A model generated the notes under the pieces. That model saw only the letters and a program-made list of their open reading frames with translations. It was not told the DNA's origin and did not search any database. From NCBI GenBank assembly GCA_963663475.2, contig CAXXJV010000002.1, forward strand, positions 224,001 through 288,000: a stretch of 64,000 bases of DNA, written 5' to 3'. The position numbers and the translations under genes were made by a program. Within the stretch, counting starts at the first letter, position 1, and each line of letters begins with the position of its first letter. Origin of the DNA: Candidatus Cloacimonadales bacterium (GTDB lineage Bacteria > Cloacimonadota > Cloacimonadia > Cloacimonadales > JAFGVF01). Of this stretch, positions 45,849 through 56,158 are shown in pieces.

Positions 45849-48659
45849 CTATTTTAATAAGATAATCTTCTTTGTATCAATTTTATTATTAGCCTTCATT
45901 CTGCTAAAATATACACCTGACGGTAACTTATTGCCATTGTCATCTTTAGCATTCCAAACAAGTTTATGAAAACCTGTAGTTTGCATTCCTAAGTCAAAAG
46001 TTTTAACTAGTTGCCCTCTGACATTGTAAATTTTGATTTCTGTAAGAGAATTACTATCTAAAGAATATCTAATAGAAGTTGTTGGATTAAATGGATTTGG
46101 GTAAATAGAAACTAGGCCAGTCGTAAGTGGGATATCAACTGAATTGTTAAAGTCGTCTTCAACTTCTATTATTGCAGGTCCGTAAAAACTACTTGAAGCA
46201 TCGTAATCAATCATTTTAATCCAGTAATAGTAGATACCATTAACTTCAATTGAATTGTCTATATAAGAATAAGTTTGTGTTTGACTGGTATTGGTTCCAG
46301 GAATGAAAACATCTAACATTTCAGCATTATTCAAGTTATTATCACAGTTGCGATAGATTCTATAACCATCTAAATCACTTTCAGATTGAGTAACCCATTT
46401 AACCATAACATTACTAGAATTAGTATTAAAAACATCAAAAGAGGATAATTGGACAGGAAGAGTTTGATCGTCATCTAGACCTATAGTTAAGTCTCCTTTT
46501 GAAGTTTTTGCAACTTGTGGGAATGTATAGGTAAATGTTGCAACTCTGATGTCGTCATTTAAAAGAATACTAAAATCTGTAGCTTGTCCAACTTTTACTC
46601 CACCATCAAAAAGAATTGGTGTCTTGCTTGGATTCAACCAATTATAATTATTATCATCTTCAGCATTCCAGTAGAAAGTTATTGTCTTTTGTCTATTAGC
46701 CTCATTATCATCATTGATATTTCCACTAATGTTCCAGGAACGTTTAATCTTGTTTGGATATAATGATGAAGATAGAGAAGTTGATGCACTGTAGTTAGCA
46801 ATATTAAAATCAGTTGTAGGCCAGGATAAGTGCTTAATGTTTGGGGAATTTAAACCATCTATAGCTACATTACTTGCCCCTGTATAAGTACCTGAAGATA
46901 CTGTTAATGTTCCTTCAATAGAAATATTATCAGGAAGTGTTACCCCATTAGTATTATCGATTATTATGTTGTAAACTGAACTTATTCCACTTGCTACTGA
47001 TTGAGCTGAGGAACCATTGAATCTTATGGTAGAGCCTGCTTGACCAATTAGACTTGCTGATTGTCCAATATTTATTGTGCCAGTTATTTCTAATTCTCCA
47101 CCATCAGCAATAATCAAATCATCACCTACCTTGTTTTCAACATTTAAGGTAGCTCCATCATTGATAATAAGTTTTCCTTCCACAGTAGTGCTACTAATAA
47201 ATGCATCATTGGGACTCTGTAAAGTTATAGTATCGTCAGAAAGAACTTTTATAGAATAAGAGTTGGTATAATCAGGTTTTAGCACTGATTCTTCATAGGT
47301 TCCTGACTCTGTTTCAGATTTATCCCAATTAGAAGCAGTCGAGAAGGAACCAGTAGCTTGAGATCGAAAATAGAAAATAGATGAAGGGGAGCTTTTTAAT
47401 GTTGGATAAACACTTTCTGCAAAAGTCCAGACATTTGTTGAATCCCAGTTTGGATAACTTGTAGCATCTTTTAATTCACTATCAGTTTGAGAAGTACCAT
47501 AAGTATTAGCACCGCTTGATGGATCCATAGTCGCCGAATCTAGATAATAAGAATCTTCTAAAGACCCAGTAGCATTAGTTCCACCTAAACCAGGGGGGAG
47601 ATTTCCTGATACTCTACCTGTAATTGGTCCAAATCCGCCTTCCCAAGTTCCTGAAATACGCTGAGTAACATTACCAGTAGTATAAGATCTAAATATCGCT
47701 CCACCGATAGTACAGCCGGCTAAACCACCAACTCTATCTCCTCCGCTGACATTGCCTAAAGCATAAGAGTCTTGAGTAATACCATTCTCGTTACATCCAA
47801 CTAAGCCACCATATTTGATGTTGTAGGGATTGCTATTATCCCCAGAATTTAAGGCTTGGTTAGTAGGATGGGTAGATGCAACTGTTACATCAGCATAGCA
47901 AAATCTAATGATAGGAACAACTTGCTTTCTTTGGCTGTTATTAGCGCCTACTAAACCACCTGTTGCACCAAATCCGGTTACAGACCCACCACTCACATAG
48001 CAATTTTCCGTAATCACTAATTTACCTCTGTTTCGATTGGGTAAGTCCACTTTACCTATTAATGCTCCTGTTCCTCTTTTTCCAGTGATATTTACATTAG
48101 TTAGTCCAACTTTTTCGATATATATGTCAGAAGTATTACTTGCGTTGTCATCAGTAGAACCATTAGTAACATAACCAAAGAGTCCAATAAAATTTTCACC
48201 ATCATTTGGTTCGTTATCATTATCCACAGGATCATCCACAGTGGCTCCTCTAGCAATATAGAGATTAGATATTATTTTACCACCGCCATCAAAATTACCA
48301 TGGAAAGGATAACCTCCATCACCTATTGGTTCCCAACCTTTGCTAGCTTCCCACATTTTGGTCCAGTTATCATCTGTATTTCCTGATGGTTCATTAGTAT
48401 TTGAAGCTATTTTTGAATAATAGGCATAACCATTATACTCCACAATATTCCCAAGTTCATATGAACCAGCTGAGTAAGTAGTAATTGATTCTGGGTTAGT
48501 TTCACTTAAATCGATGTCATTAGTTAGGGTATAATTCCCACCTAAATCATTTCTAACATTCCATAAATCTAAAATGTTGTTAACCTCTATAGCAAATAGT
48601 TTTTCCCCTGTTAAGAAGACAATAATTAGAATCAAAAAAGCCACTTTCAAATTTCTCAT
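45849..48659 (-). CDS. Large secreted GLUG-repeat protein with CBM5/12-like insert and C-terminal sorting domain
   Basis: Signal peptide; GGLVGANN, GGLVGCNE, VGGLAG repeats; TLPVQLSSF; IYPNPFNPTTSI; paralog of 49908-52730. Confidence 0.75.
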   Translation of the reverse strand: MRNLKVAFLILIIVFLTGEKLFAIEVNNILDLWNVRNDLGGNYTLTNDIDLSETNPESITTYSAGSYELGNIVEYNGYAYYSKIASNTNEPSGNTDDNWTKMWEASKGWEPIGDGGYPFHGNFDGGGKIISNLYIARGATVDDPVDNDNEPNDGENFIGLFGYVTNGSTDDNASNTSDIYIEKVGLTNVNITGKRGTGALIGKVDLPNRNRGKLVITENCYVSGGSVTGFGATGGLVGANNSQRKQVVPIIRFCYADVTVASTHPTNQALNSGDNSNPYNIKYGGLVGCNENGITQDSYALGNVSGGDRVGGLAGCTIGGAIFRSYTTGNVTQRISGTWEGGFGPITGRVSGNLPPGLGGTNATGSLEDSYYLDSATMDPSSGANTYGTSQTDSELKDATSYPNWDSTNVWTFAESVYPTLKSSPSSIFYFRSQATGSFSTASNWDKSETESGTYEESVLKPDYTNSYSIKVLSDDTITLQSPNDAFISSTTVEGKLIINDGATLNVENKVGDDLIIADGGELEITGTINIGQSASLIGQAGSTIRFNGSSAQSVASGISSVYNIIIDNTNGVTLPDNISIEGTLTVSSGTYTGASNVAIDGLNSPNIKHLSWPTTDFNIANYSASTSLSSSLYPNKIKRSWNISGNINDDNEANRQKTITFYWNAEDDNNYNWLNPSKTPILFDGGVKVGQATDFSILLNDDIRVATFTYTFPQVAKTSKGDLTIGLDDDQTLPVQLSSFDVFNTNSSNVMVKWVTQSESDLDGYRIYRNCDNNLNNAEMLDVFIPGTNTSQTQTYSYIDNSIEVNGIYYYWIKMIDYDASSSFYGPAIIEVEDDFNNSVDIPLTTGLVSIYPNPFNPTTSIRYSLDSNSLTEIKIYNVRGQLVKTFDLGMQTTGFHKLVWNAKDDNGNKLPSGVYFSRMKANNKIDTKKIILLK

Positions 48660-48762
48660 AAAAACCTCGCTTAGTTAAAGTATTTAATTAAATTAAAATT
48701 AAACTTTGAAAACAATATGTCAAGAAAAAGTTTAATTATATTTGGATTAAGACTTAAAAGCA

Positions 48763-48800
48763 AAAACACAAACATCTACGAAAAGCGGAACAAGAAGATT
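48763..48800 (+). repeat. 38-bp direct repeat D, copy 2
   Basis: aaaacacaaacatctacgaaaagcggaacaagaagatt. Confidence 0.8.
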
Positions 48801-48925
48801 GAAATCCAAATAAACTCTCAAAATCAACATATAAGTGAAGGGTAAAGAAACTTGGCTTAGGAAATATCGATTGACAGAAAATTAATAAGAACAGAATGGC
48901 AATATAATTATGAAGTGGAGCAGTA

Positions 48926-49813
48926 ATGGGCTATTTATTAATTTTATTTACGATAATACTTTTTTCAACATTAGAAGTGACAGGAAAGCTTATAGGTGCT
49001 GATATATCACCATATGCAATTACGCTATACAGATTTCTTTTAGGTGGTTTAATAATGCTACCATTTGCTTTATTTAACTTGCAGAAAGAGAAAATAAAAC
49101 TAAGTAGGAAAGAAATATTTAAATTATCTGTTCCAGGTTTTATAAATGTATCTATTTCAATGTTATTTTTACAGTTAGCTATCTATTATGGTCAAGCAAA
49201 TATTTCAGCAATCCTGATAAGTTCCAACTCGGTCTTTGTGGCAATTTTTTCATATTTTATCTTGCGAGAAAGGCTATCACTATATAAAATTATTGGTTTA
49301 GTTATTGGCTTACTAGGGATAATTATTATAATAGCCAATCATCAAGTAGCTAGTAAAGAAGTAATAAACGGACCTTTAGGAATTATTTTTGCTTGTCTCT
49401 CATCTCTTTCTTTCGGCTTCTATACAGTAATTTCTAAGAAGTTTATCAAGGAATATGGTAATTTAGTAACTAATTCAATTTCTTTTTTGGCTGGTTCCTT
49501 ACTCTTAGCTCTTATATCTCTTATAGCTGGTTTTGATATTAGCATGAATATGACAGTAAAAAATATCAGTTTTATTGCTTATTTAGGAGTTTTTGTCTCT
49601 GGATTAGCTTATTTAAGCTACTTCGCTGGTTTAAAGAGGGTTTCTACAGTAGTTGGTTCTTCTTTTTTCTTCTTAAAACCTGCAATAGCATCAATTTTAG
49701 CATATTTTATATTTCGCGAGACTTTAACTATGTGGCAAATCCTTGGAATTATAATAGTAGTTATTGGAGTCAATATCGAGGTCATTCGCGATATGATAAA
49801 TAAGTCTAAATAA
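48926..49813 (+). CDS. DMT/EamA family transporter
   Basis: About 10 TM helices in two repeats; YRFLLGG, ILRERL, IFRETL. Confidence 0.88.
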   Translation: MGYLLILFTIILFSTLEVTGKLIGADISPYAITLYRFLLGGLIMLPFALFNLQKEKIKLSRKEIFKLSVPGFINVSISMLFLQLAIYYGQANISAILISSNSVFVAIFSYFILRERLSLYKIIGLVIGLLGIIIIIANHQVASKEVINGPLGIIFACLSSLSFGFYTVISKKFIKEYGNLVTNSISFLAGSLLLALISLIAGFDISMNMTVKNISFIAYLGVFVSGLAYLSYFAGLKRVSTVVGSSFFFLKPAIASILAYFIFRETLTMWQILGIIIVVIGVNIEVIRDMINKSK

Positions 49814-49848
49814 TGCCTTAGGTTTGTAAATTCTTGAGGGGATAAAAG

Positions 49849-49872
49849 AAAAGCCCAGCAAGCTGGGCTAAA
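49849..49872. terminator. Hairpin terminator between convergent genes, abutting a family A right end (49869-49893)
   Basis: aaaagcccagc-aa-gctgggct then taaagttctactgatccattctgtt. Confidence 0.7.
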
Positions 49873-49907
49873 GTTCTACTGATCCATTCTGTTAAATTTA
49901 AGAACTA

Positions 49908-52730
49908 CTATTTCATCAAAATCATTTTTTGGAAATAGCTATCTTTACCAATACTAACCTTAGTGAAGTATACTCCTGAAGATAAAGTTTGGTTTGATTT
50001 ATCACTAGCATTCCATACAAAAGAGTGCTTACCTTTTGCTTTTCGGCCAAGATTAACAGAATTAACTCTTTGCCCTTTGACATTATATATTTCAATAGCA
50101 ACATCATTATCTTGGGTTAGATAATATTCAATTTTGGTTGTTGGATTGAAAGGATTAGGATAGATTGAACTTATACCTTGAGTCAGAGGTATAACAAATG
50201 AATCATCAGTTTGGTTAAAGTTTACCTGAATTTGAATAGGTCCATATAAGTGACTTGTTCCGTCATATTCAGAAGTTTTTAACCAATAATAATAATTTCC
50301 GTTTTGTTGGATAGAATCATCAATGAAGATATAAGTATTAGTTTCTAGAGAGTTTTCTGATTCTAGGAATTCAATAGCTGCTGCCTCTTCTAGGTTTTCT
50401 TGGTTATTTCTCAAAACTGTATAACCAATAACATTAGATTCAGATTGGGTAGTCCAGGATATTTGAACCATCTCATCTTGCTGAATCTCTGCTGTGAATG
50501 CTGAAAGAGTCACAGGTAATGTTTCATTGTCTTCAAGTCCGATTTGATATGGAGCTTTGCTAGCTTTTGCACTTTGGTCAAATGTTAGGGTATAAGTAGC
50601 CTGGCGTGGGTCAGAGCTAACATCATAATTGTCTGGAGATATAGGATTTATACCAGCATAAAGGATAGGTTGATTACCTGAAGCAGTCCAATCATATTCT
50701 CCATCCTCACTAGCATTCCAATAGAAAGTTACCTGTCTTTGTCTATCGCTTTCAGTTGAAGAGTTTACTTGACCCTCTAGGTTCCAAGCTCTTTTAATAT
50801 AGGACGGATAAAAACCTGTAAGAGAAGTAGAGGCAGAAAAATTCAAGAGTGGTAAAGTATTATCAGAAATGTTTAAGTATCTTACTTGAGATGAAGATAA
50901 ACTCTTGATTGATGTTGATGCCGAATTAGATAAATAACCATTAGTTTCTGTAAGGCTACCATTAATGGTTAGAGCTTCTGAGAAGGAAACTCCATTAGGA
51001 TTATTAACTACTACATCATAGAGTGAAGAAACACCAGAAGTATAAGCTATGATATCATTTCCCAAGAAAGAAACTTGAGAACCTGTATCACCACGCATTG
51101 ATGCAGATTGCCCCAAAACTAAGTTGCCATTGATATCTAGATTACCTGCAATGATTAAATCATCTCCAGAAGAGTTTTCAATGAAGAGAGTGTCTGCACT
51201 ATTAATAACTAATTTGCCACCACTTTCTATAGTAGTACTAGAAATATACCAGTTTTCATAGATATTAACAGTATGATTATTTTGGATACTTATGCTAATA
51301 GCATTAGCTAAATCTGGGTAGGTTACAGCTGAAGTCCAACTAGATAAATCACTAGAATAAGACCAGATAGAGGCTGAACTATAATTGCCAGTTTCGCTAG
51401 TACGGAAGTGAAAATTAATAATAGGACTATTTTTTAAGGTTGGATAAGTACCTGCTATCTGCCAAATATTTGTAAAGTCCCAGTTGTTGAAATTACTCTG
51501 ATTAGAGAAATTACCAGTTGGCATACCTATTCCGCCAGCAGAAGTAGAAATGCCTGAAGTAGTAGTATCCCAATAAGCATCTTCTACAGAACCATAGGCA
51601 TTTGTTCCTCCTAAAGCAGGAGGTAAATAACCTGAAGAGACTCCTACTATTCCCCCCTTTCCGCCTAAGTAATTACCTGGTGTAATATTTCTGGTTACTG
51701 TGCCTGTAGCATAACTCCTGAAAATTGCACCACCAATAGAGCATCCAGCAAGACCACCAACTCTGTCTCCACCTGAGACATTTCCTAAGGCATAAGAGTC
51801 TTGAGTAGTTCCGTTTTCATTACAGCCAACTAATCCACCATACTTAATGTTATAAGGATTATAATATGCTTGTTCGATTACGTCTAAAGGATTTACTACA
51901 TTATTATTAGGATGGGTAGCTGAAACATCAACGTCAGCATAAGAAAACCTGATAACAGGAATCCTTAGTTTTCTATCGCTATTGTTGGCACCAACTAAGC
52001 CACCAGTAGAACCAAAACCACTTACTGTAGCAGACCCTGAAACTCCATCTGCTTTAGCATAACAGTTTTCAATATAGGCGATGTGGCTTCTTTCTGGGTT
52101 AGTATAAGGTAAGAATACTCTTCCAACTAAGGATCCAGTTGCTCTTCTTCCTGATACATTTGGATTTTCAATACCAAGATCTTTAATATAGACATCATAA
52201 TTTGTACCAGCTCCTTTTTCTGCTGATGGTCCATTACTCACTAGACCAAATAACCCTACAAAATCTTCACCATCCGTTGGATAGAGATTATTAGCCACTG
52301 GAGAAGCTTTTCTATTTATGAATAAATTTTTGATAACATGATTATTACCATTGAACTTTCCGTAAAAGGGACCAGATGAATTTCCAATTGGTTGCCAACC
52401 TTTATCTGCTTCCCACATTTGAACCCAGTTGTCAGAAATGAAAGCAGTTCCTGAATTGTGGTCATTAGTACAATAATGTGCATAATTATTATATCGTACT
52501 ATATTTCCAACGACATAGTCAGTATTGTTTTGATAAGAGGCAATTGTAGCTTGGTTTGTTGATTCTAATTCTAGATCACCTAAAAGATCATAGGTTCCAC
52601 CTAAATTATTTCTAACATTCCATAAATCTAAAACACTATTTATATCTATAGCATTAACCATAACAGAAAAAGACAATAACAATAGAGTTAAAATCAAAAT
52701 CTTTCCATTAAGCAGAATTTTCATTTTCAT
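49908..52730 (-). CDS. Large secreted GLUG-repeat protein with CBM5/12-like insert and C-terminal sorting domain
   Basis: Shares long blocks with the 936-aa protein (NPYNIKYGGLVGCNENG.TQDSYALGNVSGGDRVGGLAGC.IGGAIFRSY); TLPVTLSAF; IYPNPFNPTTKI. Confidence 0.75.
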   Translation of the reverse strand: MKMKILLNGKILILTLLLLSFSVMVNAIDINSVLDLWNVRNNLGGTYDLLGDLELESTNQATIASYQNNTDYVVGNIVRYNNYAHYCTNDHNSGTAFISDNWVQMWEADKGWQPIGNSSGPFYGKFNGNNHVIKNLFINRKASPVANNLYPTDGEDFVGLFGLVSNGPSAEKGAGTNYDVYIKDLGIENPNVSGRRATGSLVGRVFLPYTNPERSHIAYIENCYAKADGVSGSATVSGFGSTGGLVGANNSDRKLRIPVIRFSYADVDVSATHPNNNVVNPLDVIEQAYYNPYNIKYGGLVGCNENGTTQDSYALGNVSGGDRVGGLAGCSIGGAIFRSYATGTVTRNITPGNYLGGKGGIVGVSSGYLPPALGGTNAYGSVEDAYWDTTTSGISTSAGGIGMPTGNFSNQSNFNNWDFTNIWQIAGTYPTLKNSPIINFHFRTSETGNYSSASIWSYSSDLSSWTSAVTYPDLANAISISIQNNHTVNIYENWYISSTTIESGGKLVINSADTLFIENSSGDDLIIAGNLDINGNLVLGQSASMRGDTGSQVSFLGNDIIAYTSGVSSLYDVVVNNPNGVSFSEALTINGSLTETNGYLSNSASTSIKSLSSSQVRYLNISDNTLPLLNFSASTSLTGFYPSYIKRAWNLEGQVNSSTESDRQRQVTFYWNASEDGEYDWTASGNQPILYAGINPISPDNYDVSSDPRQATYTLTFDQSAKASKAPYQIGLEDNETLPVTLSAFTAEIQQDEMVQISWTTQSESNVIGYTVLRNNQENLEEAAAIEFLESENSLETNTYIFIDDSIQQNGNYYYWLKTSEYDGTSHLYGPIQIQVNFNQTDDSFVIPLTQGISSIYPNPFNPTTKIEYYLTQDNDVAIEIYNVKGQRVNSVNLGRKAKGKHSFVWNASDKSNQTLSSGVYFTKVSIGKDSYFQKMILMK

Positions 52731-52975
52731 AATTTTCTCCGTGCATAGTTTTAGTTATTATAATTTTTTTTTAGTTAAAAGCAAATGCTTAAAGTAATTA
52801 TTATAGGCATTATTAGAGAAATAAAATAGCTTTTGTTTAGTTTTGCTATTAATTATTATTAATGATGAGTTGCTTGTTATTGCACTAGAGTGAGTTACTC
52901 TTTATAGCTAATAAAATTATAAACTTCTTGACTTAAGACTAGTCTAGAAAAAATATTTTCAAAGGAGATAGAACA

Positions 52976-54346
52976 ATGCTAATATATGCAGTTACGAATG
53001 AAAATGATCTAAATAACATTCCCCAATGGGCCAAATGGATTGAGTTAAGAATAGACTTATGTTCTAGTTTGACCAATTATCTTGACCAGTTAAGAGGATA
53101 TAAGCTAATTATTACAGACAGGTCATATAAAGAGGGTGGGAAGAGTCAGAGGTCTTTGCAGGAAAAAGTGGAATATTACAAGCAGTTAAAGCTTGATTAT
53201 GAAATCTATTTTGATTTAGAAATTGAGCTCTTGAGGCAAAAACCAGATATTGATTTAAATTATGATTTCTATTTTCTTTCATTTCATTCTTTTGAAGCTT
53301 TGGACATTTCCAAGCTTGATAATCAAATAAGCTTTGCAAAAAAATATCAACCTTACATGATAAAGTTTGCTCAATATTGCTCTTCTTTCAAAGAGGTAAA
53401 TCAATTATATCAACTGGTTAAAGCTAGTAATATTAAACTACTGTGGTTAGTGATGGGTCCTTATGGATATCTACAAAGACTTCTTTATCCTTATCTTGAA
53501 TCTCAAGGATCTTATATTGCTAATTCAAGTCAAGAAACAGTTAAAGGTCAGCTCACTGTTGAAAGTGTGGAAAAATATCAACACTTTTTAAAATCAGACA
53601 TCTGTAAGTGGGGAGGGTTGATAGGAGGACAACAAGTTTATTCTTCCATAGGTTTGGACTTTTATAATAGCTATTTTAAACAGCATAATCTCAGTGCAAT
53701 TTATCTTCCAATCTATCTATCACAATCTGATATATCAGAATTTTTTGACTTACTAGAATCAAATAAAAAACTTAGAGATAAGTGTTATGGTTTTTCTCTA
53801 ACAATGCCTTTCAAGAAAGTAATTCCTCAGCTTTTCAACAAACAGAAAATTAGTAATTTATTAATCACTACTAATTCCTATAGCTTTTATAATACTGATT
53901 ATGATGCCTTATATAAAATGAAAAGAAAGTTGAAAGAGAAAGCTATAAGTAATGTCTTGATTTATGGAAGTGGTTCAATGGCTGAATTAGCTTTAGATAT
54001 TTTTTCTGATTATAAGATTTTCTTAACAGGTAGGAATAAAAAAAGGTTACAGGAACTAAAAAGATTAAATAATAATATAGAAATCATTGACCAAATTACC
54101 CCAGAATTATATTTTGATTTACTTATCAATACTTCACCGATTGGGATGAAGGGAGAAAGTTTCTCTCAGGAAACTGGGATTAGTAAATTCAAATATGTTA
54201 TTGATTTACCTTACTCTCCACTAGAGATACCTTTAGCAAAGCAAATTGCTAAGACTAAGTATTTTTCTGGTAGAGAGTTTTGGCAATATCAAAGTGAAAG
54301 GCAATTGCAATTATTTAAAGAAAGTATAGGAAATGACAAAGAATAA
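52976..54346 (+). CDS. Bifunctional type I 3-dehydroquinate dehydratase / shikimate dehydrogenase (AroD-AroE fusion)
   Basis: IELRID, EGG, SFHSF, IKFA in N half; SLTMPFKK, NTDY, YGSGSMA, INTSPIGM, DLPYSP in C half; first gene of the aro operon. Confidence 0.8.
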   Translation: MLIYAVTNENDLNNIPQWAKWIELRIDLCSSLTNYLDQLRGYKLIITDRSYKEGGKSQRSLQEKVEYYKQLKLDYEIYFDLEIELLRQKPDIDLNYDFYFLSFHSFEALDISKLDNQISFAKKYQPYMIKFAQYCSSFKEVNQLYQLVKASNIKLLWLVMGPYGYLQRLLYPYLESQGSYIANSSQETVKGQLTVESVEKYQHFLKSDICKWGGLIGGQQVYSSIGLDFYNSYFKQHNLSAIYLPIYLSQSDISEFFDLLESNKKLRDKCYGFSLTMPFKKVIPQLFNKQKISNLLITTNSYSFYNTDYDALYKMKRKLKEKAISNVLIYGSGSMAELALDIFSDYKIFLTGRNKKRLQELKRLNNNIEIIDQITPELYFDLLINTSPIGMKGESFSQETGISKFKYVIDLPYSPLEIPLAKQIAKTKYFSGREFWQYQSERQLQLFKESIGNDKE

Positions 54347-55127
54347 AATTTTACAAAATAGAGAAGAAACTTATAATATTGGGAATATTAAAGTAGGTTC
54401 AGATTTCTTAGTGATAGCTGGCCCTTGTAGCATTGAAGGCTATAAAATGGCAGCAGAGTCTGTTGAACATATCCTTAAAAATGGGGCTAACATCTTTAGA
54501 GGTGGTTCTTTTAAACCAAGAACTTCTCCCTATTCTTTTCAAGGACTTCAACAAGAAGCTTTGGAAATTCTTAAGACTATTAAACAGGAAACTAAAATAC
54601 CTATTGTTACAGAGATTCTTGACCCCAGGCAAATTGATAATAGACTTGATTTTATTGATATTATACAAATAGGGTCACGGTCTATGCATAACTTTCCCCT
54701 TCTCAAAGAAGTGGGTATGAGTAAAAAACCTGTTATTTTAAAACGTGGTTTTCAAGCTACTATTGAAGAGTGGGTACATAGTACTGAATATATTTTTAAA
54801 GAAGGAAATAGCAAGATTATTCTCTGTGAGAGAGGTATTAGAACCTTCGAAACATATACAAGGAATACTCTTGATTTAAGTGCTGTGCCTATTATGAAAC
54901 AATTAACAGATCTTCCTGTAATTGTTGATCCTACTCATGCTACAGGTAGAAGAAACTTAATTCCTGCAATGTGCAAGGCTGCTATCGCTGCAGGTGCTGA
55001 TGGTTTAATGGTTGAAGTTCACCCTAATCCAGAACAAGCTCTAAGTGATCCTGACCAGCAATTAAACTTTGCTGAATTTGCCTGTCTTATGAAAGAGCTA
55101 AAAGCAATTATTAACTTTTTCAAGTAG
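54333..55127 (+). CDS. aroF: DAHP synthase (type I beta, no regulatory domain)
   Basis: IAGPCSIE, RGGSFKPRTSPYSFQGL, CERGIRTFE..TRNTLDL, VDPTH. Confidence 0.93.
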   Translation: MTKNKILQNREETYNIGNIKVGSDFLVIAGPCSIEGYKMAAESVEHILKNGANIFRGGSFKPRTSPYSFQGLQQEALEILKTIKQETKIPIVTEILDPRQIDNRLDFIDIIQIGSRSMHNFPLLKEVGMSKKPVILKRGFQATIEEWVHSTEYIFKEGNSKIILCERGIRTFETYTRNTLDLSAVPIMKQLTDLPVIVDPTHATGRRNLIPAMCKAAIAAGADGLMVEVHPNPEQALSDPDQQLNFAEFACLMKELKAIINFFK

Positions 55128-55132
55128 GCTGT

Positions 55133-56158
55133 ATGACTTGGCTAGATGATTATCTAAGAAAAGTATCTTATCTCAAAAGCAATGTTTTTCTAAGTCCTTA
55201 TGAAAATCAAGAGATTTTTATTATTACAGATGACAATTTAGAATCTCTTTATCATGCTGAAATTGCTAACTTTGCATATTATAGTATTAAAGCGGGAGAA
55301 GAATCTAAATGCCTGCAAGAAGTAAATTTAATATTAGAAAGGCTTTTACAAGATAACTTTTCTAGAAATGTTTCCATAATAGCTTTTGGTGGAGGCATAG
55401 TCTGCGATATTGCTGGTTTTGTCTCAGCTATCTATAAGAGAGGTTGCAAGTTACTTCTTATGCCAACAAGTCTAATTGCTATGGTTGATGCTAGCATTGG
55501 TGGTAAAAATGGAGTTAACTCAAGAGATTATAAAAACCAATTTGGAACGGTAAAACAAGCTGATAGAATCAATATTGATATAGATTTGTTAAAGACTTTA
55601 CCTCTAGCTGAGCTTAAAAATGGAATGGCTGAAGTGATTAAGCATGGTTTATTAGCATCTCAATCATACTATGAAGAAGCTCTTAAATTTTTGGACAGTA
55701 TTAGAGTTGAGACTATAAGTAATGCTGGTCTTGATTCGCTTATTAGAGAATCTATAGCAATTAAACTAGCATTTGTTGCAGGTGACGAAAGTGATAAAGG
55801 ACAAAGAAGATTTTTAAATTTTGGCCACACTCTAGGGCATGCTATCGAGAAATTATATCATTTTCCCCATGGTCAGGCAGTTGTTTGGGGCATGTTACAA
55901 GCAGTAAAAATATCCTATCAAACTGGCTTAATGTCTAAATCTATTTATCAGCGAATCAAGTCTGATCTAGAAAGGATTAACACATTTGATGATAGTGTAA
56001 TTGACTGGGATAAGATTCAGGAAGCTCTGCTAAGTGATAAAAAAAGACAGGGTGTTGGACTTGTTTTTATTCTACTGGAAGATTTCGCTAAGCCTCTTGT
56101 AAGAGAAATTGATTTTTCAATAATTAAGCAAACCCTATTTGAAGAAAATGCAAAATAA
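55133..56158 (+). CDS. aroB: 3-dehydroquinate synthase
   Basis: GEESK, GGGIVCDIAGF, VDASIGGKNG, LNFGHTLGHAIE, HGQAV. Confidence 0.93.
   Translation: MTWLDDYLRKVSYLKSNVFLSPYENQEIFIITDDNLESLYHAEIANFAYYSIKAGEESKCLQEVNLILERLLQDNFSRNVSIIAFGGGIVCDIAGFVSAIYKRGCKLLLMPTSLIAMVDASIGGKNGVNSRDYKNQFGTVKQADRINIDIDLLKTLPLAELKNGMAEVIKHGLLASQSYYEEALKFLDSIRVETISNAGLDSLIRESIAIKLAFVAGDESDKGQRRFLNFGHTLGHAIEKLYHFPHGQAVVWGMLQAVKISYQTGLMSKSIYQRIKSDLERINTFDDSVIDWDKIQEALLSDKKRQGVGLVFILLEDFAKPLVREIDFSIIKQTLFEENAK

Noticed and set aside
45849-52730. Diversity-generating retroelement or shufflon explanation for the paralogous surface proteins
   Set aside because: No reverse transcriptase or recombinase, and differences are spread over all bases as in ordinary paralog divergence
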